DNA of 64,000 nucleotides, taken from positions 6,925 through 70,924 of the forward strand of contig JBJMQX010000154.1 of assembly GCA_045802455.1 (NCBI GenBank), written 5' to 3'. How positions within the stretch are numbered: the stretch's first letter is position 1; every line of letters begins with the position of its first letter. The DNA comes from Phenylobacterium sp. (lineage in GTDB: Bacteria > Pseudomonadota > Alphaproteobacteria > Caulobacterales > Caulobacteraceae). A model generated the notes under the pieces. The model was not told the origin of the DNA and made no database searches. It saw only the letters and a list, made by a program, of their open reading frames with translations. A program made the translations under genes and the position numbers. This document shows, in pieces, positions 9,370 to 18,232 of the stretch.

Positions 9370-9394
9370 GGAACGAAGAGCAAGCTGAGCCGTT
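9370..9394 (+). promoter_or_regulatory. Candidate EcfG/SigT-type (general stress) ECF promoter GGAAC-N16-CGTT
   Basis: GGAAC at 9370..9374, exactly 16 nt, then CGTT at 9391..9394. The motif ends about 62 nt upstream of ATG 9457. Confidence 0.45.
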
Positions 9395-9456
9395 GCCCGG
9401 CAAGGGGAGCATGAACGCCACCTCGCTCCCGCGCTTCAACGGAGAAAGTGGGCGCC

Positions 9457-10005
9457 ATGCCAGCCACGCTCAACGTGATCTTCGGGCCCTGCGCGGCAGG
9501 CAAGACCACCTACGCCCACGCCTTGGCCCGCCGCGAGAGCGCGGTCGCCTTCGTCCTCGACGAATGGGGTGCGCGCCTGTTCGGCGCCGACCTTAAGGGT
9601 CCCATCGAGTTCGCCTGGATGCTGGAGCGCCTCGGCCGCTGCAATGCGCTGATCTGGTCCACCGCCGAGGGCGTGCTCGCCGCCGGGGCCTCGGTGGTGC
9701 TCGACGTCGGCGCCATGCGGCGGGCGGACCGGGATCGCATCCGCCAGCTTGCCGAGGCCAAGGGCCTGTCGCTGCAGTGGCACTTCGTCGACGCGCCGCA
9801 GGAGGTCCGCCGCGTCCGCGTCGCCCACCGGAACACCGCCAAGGGCGAGACCTTCGTCATGGAGGTGACGCCGGAGATGTTCGAAATGCTCGAGGCCGTT
9901 TACGAGCCGCCGGCGCCGGCCGAGCTGGAGGGCGCGGTGCTGAGCGCCGGCGACGACGGCAGGGCCGCCGCGCCAGCCGCGGCGCAGCGTGAGGCGGTGG
10001 ACTAG
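9457..10005 (+). CDS. P-loop ATP-binding protein (predicted small kinase, AAA_33/zeta-like)
   Basis: Walker A GPCAAGKT within the first 20 aa. GGAGAAAG Shine-Dalgarno about 9 nt upstream of ATG 9457. Confidence 0.7.
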   Translation: MPATLNVIFGPCAAGKTTYAHALARRESAVAFVLDEWGARLFGADLKGPIEFAWMLERLGRCNALIWSTAEGVLAAGASVVLDVGAMRRADRDRIRQLAEAKGLSLQWHFVDAPQEVRRVRVAHRNTAKGETFVMEVTPEMFEMLEAVYEPPAPAELEGAVLSAGDDGRAAAPAAAQREAVD

Positions 10006-10080
10006 GTCAACCGTGATCCCGTTTGCACGGGCGTCACGTGGTGGCCCCGTCGTCTGCGCGCGCCGAAGGAACGGGCCGGC

Positions 10081-11472
10081 CTAGCTCACCATCTCCTCCC
10101 GCACGCGGGCGCGGGCGAGCCAGAAGAGCAGGGCGGAGACCAGGCCGAGGGCGGTGGAGCCGATCAGGGCCCAGCGGACGCCTTCGGCGGGGCCCAGATG
10201 GAGGCCCTTGTTGAGGATGTCGGAAACGGCCCCGATGGCGAGCGCCCCCAAGACCAGGCCCAGGAAGTTGATGATGAAGAGCATGATGGAAGCGCTCATG
10301 GCGCGCATGCGCTGGGGCACCATGCCCTGGGCCGAGGCGTAGATCGGGCCGTACCAGAGCGTCGCGAGGAAGGCCGGGAAGGTGTAGAGGCCGAGCGCCA
10401 GCGCGGTGTTGGGCGTGGTGTAGATCATCACCGTGAAGGGGAACGAGACCACCACCGCGATCGCCGGCAGCGAGCCGAAGATCCGCAGGTCGCGCGCGCC
10501 CCAGCGGTCGGCCACCTGGCCGCCGACCCACGAGCCGAACGTGCCGGAGACGCCGCCGATCACCCCCAGGGACAGGCCGATGAAGGCGCCCTTCTTCATG
10601 CCGAACTGGGCGGCGAGCTGGGCGACCTCGGGGCCGTGCACGCGGTAGAAGAAGGAGGGGATGAAGGGGGCGTGGCCGTAGCCCAGGAAGCTGCGGATGC
10701 CGGCCCCGAAAGCGAGCCACCAGAAGGCGCGCTTGGTGGCGAGGTAGCGGAAGGTCTCCGAGAAGGTGGCGAGACCGTCGCCGGCCTTCTGCGCGGTGGC
10801 CTCGACCGCCTGGGCGATGCGCCGCCGCGGCTCCTTCAGGGTGAAGAGGCAGAGGGCGGCGAGGAAGAGGCCCGGCGTTGCGGCCACCAGGAACGCCTTG
10901 CGCCAGCCGAAGACGTCGCTCATGGCGCCGCCGATGGCCAGGCCCAGCAGCGAGCCCAAGGGCGTGCCCATGGCGTAGAAGGCGAGCGCCGAGGCGCGCT
11001 TCTCCTTGGGCATGTAGTCGGCGATCAGTGCGTGGGACGTCGGCGTGCAGCCGGCCTCGCCGATCCCGACGCCGGCGCGGGCGGCGACGAGCTGGACGAA
11101 GTTCTGCGCCAGGCCGCAGAGGCCGGTGAAGGCGCTCCAGGCCGCCAGACAGCTGGCGATGATCACCGAGCGGTTGTGGCGGTCGGCGGCGCGGGCGAGC
11201 GGGAAACCCAGCAGGGTGTAGACGATCCCGAACGCGAAGCCCGAGAGCAGGCCCAGCTGCCAGTCGGCGAGGTGGAGGTCGTTCTTGATCGGCTCGGCCA
11301 GGATGTTGATCACCTGCCGGTCGAGGAAGTTGACGATGTAGACCAGCAGCAGCAGCCAGAGCACGTAGCGGCGGTAGGCCGGGGAGCCGGTGACGTAGGT
11401 CGCCTCGGAAGTCGAATGAGGGGCGGTCTCGTCGACCAGGGCTTCGCCGGTGGGCGTCGTGATCTCGGTCAT
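10081..11472 (-). CDS. MFS transporter (Spinster-like)
   Basis: Start moved to Met190 of the track ORF (MTEITTPTGE...). The upstream 189 aa are R/P/A-rich shadow. YIVNFLDRQ, DWQLGLLSGFAFGIVYTLLGFPLARAADR and GVGIGEAGCTP are MFS motifs. Confidence 0.9.
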   Translation of the reverse strand: MTEITTPTGEALVDETAPHSTSEATYVTGSPAYRRYVLWLLLLVYIVNFLDRQVINILAEPIKNDLHLADWQLGLLSGFAFGIVYTLLGFPLARAADRHNRSVIIASCLAAWSAFTGLCGLAQNFVQLVAARAGVGIGEAGCTPTSHALIADYMPKEKRASALAFYAMGTPLGSLLGLAIGGAMSDVFGWRKAFLVAATPGLFLAALCLFTLKEPRRRIAQAVEATAQKAGDGLATFSETFRYLATKRAFWWLAFGAGIRSFLGYGHAPFIPSFFYRVHGPEVAQLAAQFGMKKGAFIGLSLGVIGGVSGTFGSWVGGQVADRWGARDLRIFGSLPAIAVVVSFPFTVMIYTTPNTALALGLYTFPAFLATLWYGPIYASAQGMVPQRMRAMSASIMLFIINFLGLVLGALAIGAVSDILNKGLHLGPAEGVRWALIGSTALGLVSALLFWLARARVREEMVS

Positions 11473-11716
11473 GGCTCCTCCCGGCCGGCTTCTGGCGAGC
11501 CGGCTCTTTTCCGAACGTCCCGCATTTTCCGAACGCGCGAAAGTCCCTGGGGACGGACCTTGCGGCGGCCGGCGGCCGGCGGAGGGCGGGCGGGCCGGGA
11601 AAGGGGGCGCGGGCCGGTCGTTCGACGGAATCGGCGGGCCCTGTACAAGACGGGTGCGGTCCGCCCGGTTTGCTCCGGCGGCCCCCGCGCGCCCGCCCGC
11701 CGACCGGACCGATCCG

Positions 11717-13792
11717 ATGACCGCAAGACCCCTCCGCCTCATCGTCGCGGCCGTGGTTCTCGCGGCGATCGCGGGCGTGGGCGGGCTGGTCGCGGTGGCC
11801 TTGCTGAACAAGCCCAGGCCCACGGCGTTCGGCTGGCCGGCAGTACTCGCCACCCTGGCCGGCGACGGCGAACGCGGCTTCGCCGACGGGCCGGCCGGAA
11901 GGGCGCGCTTCAGCGACCCGTTCGCGCTCGCCGTCGACAGGTCGGGGGTGGTGTACCTGGCCGACGCCGGCGAAACCGACCGCATCCGCAGGATCGCGCC
12001 GGACGGCCGCACATCCACCCTGCCAGGCGCGTTCGACACCCCCTCGGGCGTTGCGGTCGACCGTGAGGGGAACCTCTACATCGCCGACACCGGGTCGAAC
12101 CGGATCCGCGAGATCCGCCACGACGGCCGCGTCGAGACGCTGGCGGGCGACGGAACGGCCGGGTTCCGCGACGGGCCGGCCAGCCAGGCGCAGTTCAACG
12201 GCCCCATGGGCGTGGCGGTGGACGCGGCCGGCAACGTCTATGTCGCCGACACCTATAACGACCGCATCCGGCTGATCACGCCGGACCGGCAGGTCAGGAC
12301 CCTGGCGGGCGGGGCGGGGCCTGGGCTTGCCGACGGCCCGGGCGCGACCGCCGCCTTCGACACGCCCTGCGGGCTGGCGCTGGATCCGGGCGGCGGCCTG
12401 CTGGTCGCCGACACCGGCAACAACGCCATCCGCAAGCTGGCCAAGGACGGCTCGGTGACCACCCTCGCGCGCGCCGCGCCCGAGGATCCCGACCCTGCGC
12501 TGAGGGGCCCGGTCGGACTGGCGGCCACGGCCGACGGCTATTTCTACATCGCCACGTTCCGGCGGGGGCGGATCCTCGAGCTGTCGCCCAAGGGCGAGCT
12601 GCGCATCCTGACCGGCCGCGACGCCTGGGCGCCGCAGAACCGTGGCATTCGGTTCACCGGGCCGGCCGGTCTCGCCGTCGACCGCCACGGCGCGCTCTAC
12701 GTGGCGGAGTCCGGCGCCTATGCGGTCCGCAAGCTGAGGCCACAGCGCCGCGGCGACCCGCCGCCGACTGCGCCGCAGGATCTGAAGCCCGCCGTCCCGG
12801 CCCTTGCGCGCGCCGCGGTCGTCCCGTGGCCGGTGGCGCCGCAGTGGAGCTGGCACGAGGTGGTGGGCGACATGGGCGAGGTGCGCGGCGACTATCAGGG
12901 CGAGAGCCGCGACCACCTCCACGCCGGCCTCGACGTGCGCGCCGACGTGGGCGCGACCGTGCTGGCGGTGGCCGACGAGACGGTCCAGAGCCCCATTCCC
13001 GCGGCGAACTTCGAGGGCCTCAGCGAAAACCTGCAGATCGACCAGCTAACCTACGTCCACATGCGGGTCGGCCGCACGCCCACCGGCGCGCCGCTCGACC
13101 CGGAGCGCTTCCAGATCCTGCGCGACGCCAAGGGCAAGGTCGCAGCCGTGCGGATCAAGCGGGGAACCCGGTTCCGGGTGGGCGACCCGATCGGCACGGT
13201 CAACCGCATGGCCCACGTGCACCTGGAGCTCGGGTCCCGCGGCGGCGACGCCAACCCCATCATCCTGCGCTTCCCGGGCCTGACCGATCACGTCGCGCCG
13301 CGGATCGCGGCCATCGAGCTCTTCGACGCCGCCGGGCGTCGGCTGGGCGAGCGGCAGGCGGGCCGCCTTGTCGTCCGGCGAGACGCGGGGCCGCTCAGCA
13401 TCGTCGTGGACGCCTGGGACCAGGTGGACGGGGACGCGCCGCGTCGCCGCCTGGGCCTCTATCGGGCTGGATTCCAGGTCCTGACCGCCCAGGGCGCGCC
13501 GGTGAACGGCTTCGAGGTCCCGCAGTTCAACATCGAGTTCGATCGGCTCCCCAGGGACCCCGCGGCCGCGAAGGTCGCCTATGCCCCGGCGAGCGGCGAC
13601 GCGGTCCATACGGAGCAGCCGACCAGCTTCCTCTACGTGGTCACGAGCCGCGTGCGCGGCGGCCAGGCGACGCCGGGCGGCTGGAGCCCGGCCGCGCTCC
13701 CGCCCGGCGACTACATCGTGCGCATCCTCGCCGCCGACTACGCGGGCAACGCCGCGCTGGAAAACCGCGACCTGCCGATCGCCGTGCGTTGA
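11717..13792 (+). CDS. Membrane-anchored six-blade NHL-repeat protein fused to an M23/LytM-like peptidase domain
   Basis: Start moved to MTARPLRL, followed by a TM helix. Six repeats of the type F(S/D/N)xPxG(V/L)AVDxxGxxY(V/I)AD...RIR. Then HLHAGLDVRAD (HxxxD) and MAHVHLELG (HxH). Confidence 0.8.
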   Translation: MTARPLRLIVAAVVLAAIAGVGGLVAVALLNKPRPTAFGWPAVLATLAGDGERGFADGPAGRARFSDPFALAVDRSGVVYLADAGETDRIRRIAPDGRTSTLPGAFDTPSGVAVDREGNLYIADTGSNRIREIRHDGRVETLAGDGTAGFRDGPASQAQFNGPMGVAVDAAGNVYVADTYNDRIRLITPDRQVRTLAGGAGPGLADGPGATAAFDTPCGLALDPGGGLLVADTGNNAIRKLAKDGSVTTLARAAPEDPDPALRGPVGLAATADGYFYIATFRRGRILELSPKGELRILTGRDAWAPQNRGIRFTGPAGLAVDRHGALYVAESGAYAVRKLRPQRRGDPPPTAPQDLKPAVPALARAAVVPWPVAPQWSWHEVVGDMGEVRGDYQGESRDHLHAGLDVRADVGATVLAVADETVQSPIPAANFEGLSENLQIDQLTYVHMRVGRTPTGAPLDPERFQILRDAKGKVAAVRIKRGTRFRVGDPIGTVNRMAHVHLELGSRGGDANPIILRFPGLTDHVAPRIAAIELFDAAGRRLGERQAGRLVVRRDAGPLSIVVDAWDQVDGDAPRRRLGLYRAGFQVLTAQGAPVNGFEVPQFNIEFDRLPRDPAAAKVAYAPASGDAVHTEQPTSFLYVVTSRVRGGQATPGGWSPAALPPGDYIVRILAADYAGNAALENRDLPIAVR

Positions 13793-13803
13793 AAGTCCGC
13801 GTT

Positions 13804-14271
13804 TCAGCCGTGCGGCTCAAGCGCCTGGCGGGGGCGCCGACGGCGTGGGACGCGAACTGTGGCGTCGCCATCCATGATCAGGTCGCCGTCCACCAAGGCT
13901 TCGCATCTCAGGACAACCCGCGCGGCCTGCTCGTCGATGGCCGCCACCGTCACGCGTGCGACCACCACGTCGCCGATCCGGACCGGCCTGTGGAAGCTGA
14001 GGGTCTGGCCAAGATAGATGGCGCCCGCGCCGGGAAGGATCGTGCCGACGACCGCGGAGCCAAAGGACGCAGACAGCAGGCCGTGCGCGATGCGGCCGCG
14101 ATAGGCTGTCCTGGACGCGAAGGCCTCGTCCATGTGCACGGGGTTGAAATCGTCCGAGGCCGCCGCGAACTGGGCGATGCGCTCCGCCGTCACCTCGACG
14201 CGCTTTTCGGCGGTCATCCCGACCGAGAGCTCTTCGAGAATGTAGCCGCCTGACGGGTGAGGTTCGATCAT
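13804..14271 (-). CDS. MaoC-family (R)-specific enoyl-CoA hydratase/dehydratase
   Basis: FAAASDDFNPVHMDEAFASRTAYRGRIAHGLL is the hot-dog MaoC signature. Confidence 0.9.
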   Translation of the reverse strand: MIEPHPSGGYILEELSVGMTAEKRVEVTAERIAQFAAASDDFNPVHMDEAFASRTAYRGRIAHGLLSASFGSAVVGTILPGAGAIYLGQTLSFHRPVRIGDVVVARVTVAAIDEQAARVVLRCEALVDGDLIMDGDATVRVPRRRRPRQALEPHG

Positions 14272-14366
14272 ACGGCAGAGTTAGAGGCCGCGCCGGCGCC
14301 TGGCGAGCAAAACCCGGCGCGGCGCCGAACGCGGGCGCCTGGCGGGGACTCGGCTATGTTGGGGCG

Positions 14367-14984
14367 GTGAACGCGGCTCGACCCATCGGCGCGACGGGCT
14401 ATGGCGCGGTGGCTTCGGCGCTGTTGTCCACCCGGCTGCCGTTCGACGAGGTGCATCGCCACATCCTACACCTGTTTCCGGACCCACCCGGTCGGCTTCT
14501 CGACGTCGGGTCGGGGCCGGGGCACGACGCGGCGACGCTGGCCGGGCGGGGCCATGAGGTCGTGGCGGTCGAGCCCACCCCTGAGCTTCGCGAAGGGGCG
14601 AAGGCGCTCTACGGCGATGTCCGCGTCACCTGGATAGACGACAGCCTGCCGCGGCTGGAACGGCTGCTGGCCACCGAAGCGCGCGCGTTCGACTTCGTCC
14701 TGGTCGAAGGTGTCTGGGCGCATCTCACCGCGGCCGAACGGGCGGAAGCCTTTCCCGTGCTCGCGTCCCTGCTGGCCGACGACGGGGTGCTGGCCATCTC
14801 GTTGCGGCACGGCCCCGCCGCGCCCGGCCGGATCACGCACCCGGTCACGTCGGCGGAAGCCCGGGCTCTCGCCGCGGCCTCGGGGCTGAGCACCGTGGTC
14901 GATGTCGAAACGGGCTCCCTGCAGCCGGCCAATATCGCGAGCGGCGTGACCTGGACGCGGATGGCGTTCGCCAGGGGAGGCTGA
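14367..14984 (+). CDS. Class I SAM-dependent methyltransferase
   Basis: SAM motif I: LLDVGSGPGHDAATLAGRGHEVVAVEP. Confidence 0.85.
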   Translation: MNAARPIGATGYGAVASALLSTRLPFDEVHRHILHLFPDPPGRLLDVGSGPGHDAATLAGRGHEVVAVEPTPELREGAKALYGDVRVTWIDDSLPRLERLLATEARAFDFVLVEGVWAHLTAAERAEAFPVLASLLADDGVLAISLRHGPAAPGRITHPVTSAEARALAAASGLSTVVDVETGSLQPANIASGVTWTRMAFARGG

Positions 14985-15026
14985 ACGGCTGGTGTTTGCG
15001 TCAGCCCCACCTTCAGCCGCCTCGTC

Positions 15027-16370
15027 TCAGGCGGCGCTGCCGGCCGGGACGCGGCGGTGGCCGATTGCGTAGGCGGCGGCGATCGCCGCCAGGGCCAGGA
15101 CGGCCAGCAAGCCGTGGACCATGTCCTCGCGGATGATGGCGATGAGCAGGGCGGAGTTGATGAGCAGCGCGACCACGGGAGGCAGCGGAAAGAGCGGCAT
15201 CCTGAAGGGCCGGTCGAGATGGGGTTCGGTGCGCCGCAGCCGGATCGCCGACAGGCCGAGGCCGATGTTGATGGCGACCGAGAACACCGCCCCGAACTGG
15301 ATCAGCGTCTCATAGACGCCGGTGGCGGCGCAGGCCGCGCCCCCGATGACGGTGGCCAGCAGGGCGATCTGCGGCGTGCCGGCCCGGCCGACCCGGGCCA
15401 GCGGGGCTGGCAGCACGCCGTGCCGCGCCATGCCGAAGGCGATGCGGGTCGAATACATCACCGTCACATTGGCGATCGCGGCCACGGAGATCACCGCAAA
15501 GGCGGTGGTCAGGGCCCCGCCGCGGGGACCCAGGACCTGGGCCACGGCGTCGGCGGCCGGCAGCTTGGAGCCGGCGATCTGCTGCACGCTCAGCACATGC
15601 AGCAGGCCTGCGTTGACCAGCACGTAGAGGGCGGTGATCCCCGCCAGGCCCAGGAAGATCGAGCGTGCGACGCTGCGGCCGGGCTCATGCACCTCCTCGC
15701 AGAAATAGACGCAGGAGTTCCAGCCGGCGTAGGTGTTGTAGATCGCCCGCACGGCCACCGCCAAAGCCGCCAGGGTGAGCACCGGCGGCGGGCGGATCGC
15801 CGGCGCATGGACCGCAGGTGCGGCAAGGCAGACGGCGACGATCGCCAGCAGCACCAGCGCCTTCGCCATCGTGCCGACGTGCTGCGACAGTCCGCTGGTG
15901 CGGGTGCCCAGGACATTGATCAGCCAGACCGCCGCGATGAGCAGGGGGCCGAGGAGGCCAATGGGCGTTCCAGCGGCGAATCCGAGCCGCTGGACGTATT
16001 CGGCGAACACCACGCCCAGGAAGCCCACCGTGACCATGGCGTTCAGCCAATCGCACCAGCCGATCAGCGTCCCCGCTGTGGGCCCGAACGCCCGCCGGAC
16101 GAAGGCGTAGGGCCCGCCCGCGTGCGGCACGGACGCCGCAAGCTCGACGGTCGAAAAGGCCTCCAGGAAGCACAGCAATCCCACCGCCAGCCAGGCGGCC
16201 AGGATCCAGACCGGCGAGGGCAGCGCGCCGGCCACGATGCCGGGGGTGCGCAGGATCCCCTGGCCGACCGCGCCGCCGATCACCACGGCGACGCCGAATC
16301 CGACTCCCAGGACGCGCAGCAGCTCGCGAGGTCCGGCTGTCGTCGGCCGGACCGATGCCGACGGTGTCAT
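15027..16370 (-). CDS. APC-family amino acid permease
   Basis: A 447-aa polytopic membrane protein with GVAVVIGGAVGQGILRTPG near the N-terminus, typical of the APC family. Confidence 0.9.
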   Translation of the reverse strand: MTPSASVRPTTAGPRELLRVLGVGFGVAVVIGGAVGQGILRTPGIVAGALPSPVWILAAWLAVGLLCFLEAFSTVELAASVPHAGGPYAFVRRAFGPTAGTLIGWCDWLNAMVTVGFLGVVFAEYVQRLGFAAGTPIGLLGPLLIAAVWLINVLGTRTSGLSQHVGTMAKALVLLAIVAVCLAAPAVHAPAIRPPPVLTLAALAVAVRAIYNTYAGWNSCVYFCEEVHEPGRSVARSIFLGLAGITALYVLVNAGLLHVLSVQQIAGSKLPAADAVAQVLGPRGGALTTAFAVISVAAIANVTVMYSTRIAFGMARHGVLPAPLARVGRAGTPQIALLATVIGGAACAATGVYETLIQFGAVFSVAINIGLGLSAIRLRRTEPHLDRPFRMPLFPLPPVVALLINSALLIAIIREDMVHGLLAVLALAAIAAAYAIGHRRVPAGSAA

Positions 16371-16485
16371 GCTGTGCGCCCCCTTGGCCCGGGGCTACGA
16401 GAACACCGTTGGGCAAGCTCGGCAACAGGCGACGCCGATGTGCGGGGCAGGGTGAGGGCGCGGCCGGAGCCGGTGGTGGCTTGAA

Positions 16486-16523
16486 CCCCCTCCGTCACGC
16501 CGCTGCGCGCCAGGGGGCTCCAC
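16486..16523. repeat. Partial copy of a GC-rich intergenic repeat (CCCCCTCCGTC[A/T]CGC...)
   Basis: ccccctccgtcacgccgctgcgcgccaggggg matches the 5' half of the copies at 16677 and 41022. Confidence 0.4.
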
Positions 16524-16676
16524 GCCCGGATGATGTTCGCATTTTGTTCTTGCTGTCTCCACGGATTTTCGGTAGGATTGCGGCAGCGTTGTGGACTGCG
16601 CCTGGAGGCTCTTGGCCTCGGCGTGGCCGCGCGGCTTCTGGCATTTCACTGACGTGGCGCGGCTGCTGCGTTGAAA

Positions 16677-16740
16677 CGCCCTCCGTCTCGCGCCTTCGGC
16701 GCGATCCACCTTCCCCGTCGTCTGCGCGGCAGGGGAGGAA
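16677..16740. repeat. GC-rich intergenic repeat with terminal CCT(T)CCCC/GGGGAGG hairpin
   Basis: cgccctccgtctcgcgccttcggcgcgatccaccttccccgtcgtctgcgcggcaggggaggaa aligns almost end to end with 41022..41080. Confidence 0.55.
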
Positions 16741-16765
16741 TGCTTCTTCCGGCGAGGACTTCGAC

Positions 16766-17488
16766 ATGGATGACGAGCGCGAGACGTTCGGGTTGCCGGC
16801 GCTGGTGGGCGACCGGCGCTGGTGGGGCCGGGTCTCGGTGGGGATGGTGCGCGAGCTCTTGGCGCGGACGGCGGAAGGCGAGAGCCTGCGCTCCGTCTGC
16901 CGCGATCCGCGGATGCCCTCGACACGGACCATCTGCCGGTGGGCGCGCGAGCGGCCGACGTTCGCGGCGCGGCTGCTGGCCGCGCGGCAGGCGTCGGGCC
17001 AGCCGCTCCGGGCCGGCGGACGGTCGAGCTATTGCGTGGCGACGGCCGAGGCCCTGCTCGCGCGGATCTGCGCGGGCGAGTCCCTGAGCCGCATCTGCCG
17101 CGACCCGGACATGCCGGTGGCCGCGACGGTCTATACCTGGCGCGAGGCGCGGCCGGAGTTCGCCGAGGCGCTGGCGGTGGCGTTCGACCTGCGGGCCGAG
17201 GGGTTCTTCGACCGGGGCTGGGAACTGGCCGAGGCGGCGACGCCGGAGACCGCCTACCTCACGCATGTGCGGCTGATGCAGCTGCGCTGGCACGTGGGCA
17301 AGCTGGCGCCCAAGAAATACGGCCTGCCGGTGCAGATGGAGGGCGGGGCGGACAAGGACGATCCTGACCGCCAGGGGCTGACGGTGATCATCAAGCGCTT
17401 TTCCGACGTGACGCCGGAGGAGCAGGCCGCCGCCGACGCGACGGAGGCGGAGGACGAGCGTCGGGAGCGCGCCCGCCGGAGATGGTGA
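16766..17488 (+). CDS. Phage terminase small-subunit-like protein with two tandem HTH-like repeats (orphan)
   Basis: Start moved to MDDERETF. Internal duplication: AEGESLRSVCRDPRMPSTRTICRWARERPTFAARL versus CAGESLSRICRDPDMPVAATVYTWREARPEFAEAL. The family name is from memory. Confidence 0.55.
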   Translation: MDDERETFGLPALVGDRRWWGRVSVGMVRELLARTAEGESLRSVCRDPRMPSTRTICRWARERPTFAARLLAARQASGQPLRAGGRSSYCVATAEALLARICAGESLSRICRDPDMPVAATVYTWREARPEFAEALAVAFDLRAEGFFDRGWELAEAATPETAYLTHVRLMQLRWHVGKLAPKKYGLPVQMEGGADKDDPDRQGLTVIIKRFSDVTPEEQAAADATEAEDERRERARRRW

Positions 17489-17596
17489 GGCAGGCGGGCG
17501 AAGAGCCCGGCTGGGGATCGCCCGAGTTTAGCTGCGGTGACTTGGGCGGCTCGCGGCTGTAGGGCGGCGGGTCTGGCGGTTGTGGAGGGCGTGGCG

Positions 17597-18223
17597 ATGG
17601 AGCTGGTGATCGGGACGAAGGCGTGGTCGACGTGGTCGATGCGGCCGTGGCTGGCGCTGACCAAGACCGGGGCGCCGTTCACCGAGACGCTGGTCGAGCT
17701 GCGGCGCGAGAACGGGGTGTCGGAGGCGGCGATCCGGGAGCATTCGCCGAGCGGTCTCGTGCCGTTCCTGAGGGACGCGGACGTGGCGATCGGGGACTCG
17801 CTGGCGATCTGCGAGCACCTGGCGGAGCGGTTCCCGGACGCCGGGCTGTGGCCGGCGGACCCGACCGCCCGCGCACACGCGCGCTCGGCGGCGGCGGAGA
17901 TGCATTCGGGATTTACGGCCCTGCGATCGGAATGCCCGATGGACCTGGCCGCGCCGGTGCAGGCGGCGGCGCTGTCGGACGCGGCGGCGAAGGACGTGCG
18001 GCGGATCGTGGCGCTGTGGTCGGGCCTGCTGGCGCGGTTCGGCGGGCCGTGGCTGGGCGGCGCGGAGTGGGGCATAGCCGACGCTTTCTTCACGCCGGTG
18101 GCGACGCGGATTTCGGCCTATGGGGTGAGGCTCGCGGAGCATGGGGACACGGGCGAGGCGGCGGCCTATGCCCAGCGCCTGCTGGAGCGGCCGGAGTTCC
18201 GGGCGTGGGCGGCGGGGGCCTAG
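17597..18223 (+). CDS. Glutathione S-transferase family protein
   Basis: Start moved to MELVIGTKAWSTWSMRPWLAL. Contains GLVPFL..GDSLAICEHLAERFP, a thioredoxin-like GST N-domain. Confidence 0.85.
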   Translation: MELVIGTKAWSTWSMRPWLALTKTGAPFTETLVELRRENGVSEAAIREHSPSGLVPFLRDADVAIGDSLAICEHLAERFPDAGLWPADPTARAHARSAAAEMHSGFTALRSECPMDLAAPVQAAALSDAAAKDVRRIVALWSGLLARFGGPWLGGAEWGIADAFFTPVATRISAYGVRLAEHGDTGEAAAYAQRLLERPEFRAWAAGA

Positions 18224-18232
18224 GACCAAGGG

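Noticed and set aside
10034-12922. 962-aa minus ORF, plus 10198..12066 (+) and 12826..14253 (+) long ORFs
   Set aside because: R/P/G/H-rich low-complexity translations. They overlap the well-supported MFS (10081..11472, -) and NHL/M23 (11717..13792, +) genes in other frames.
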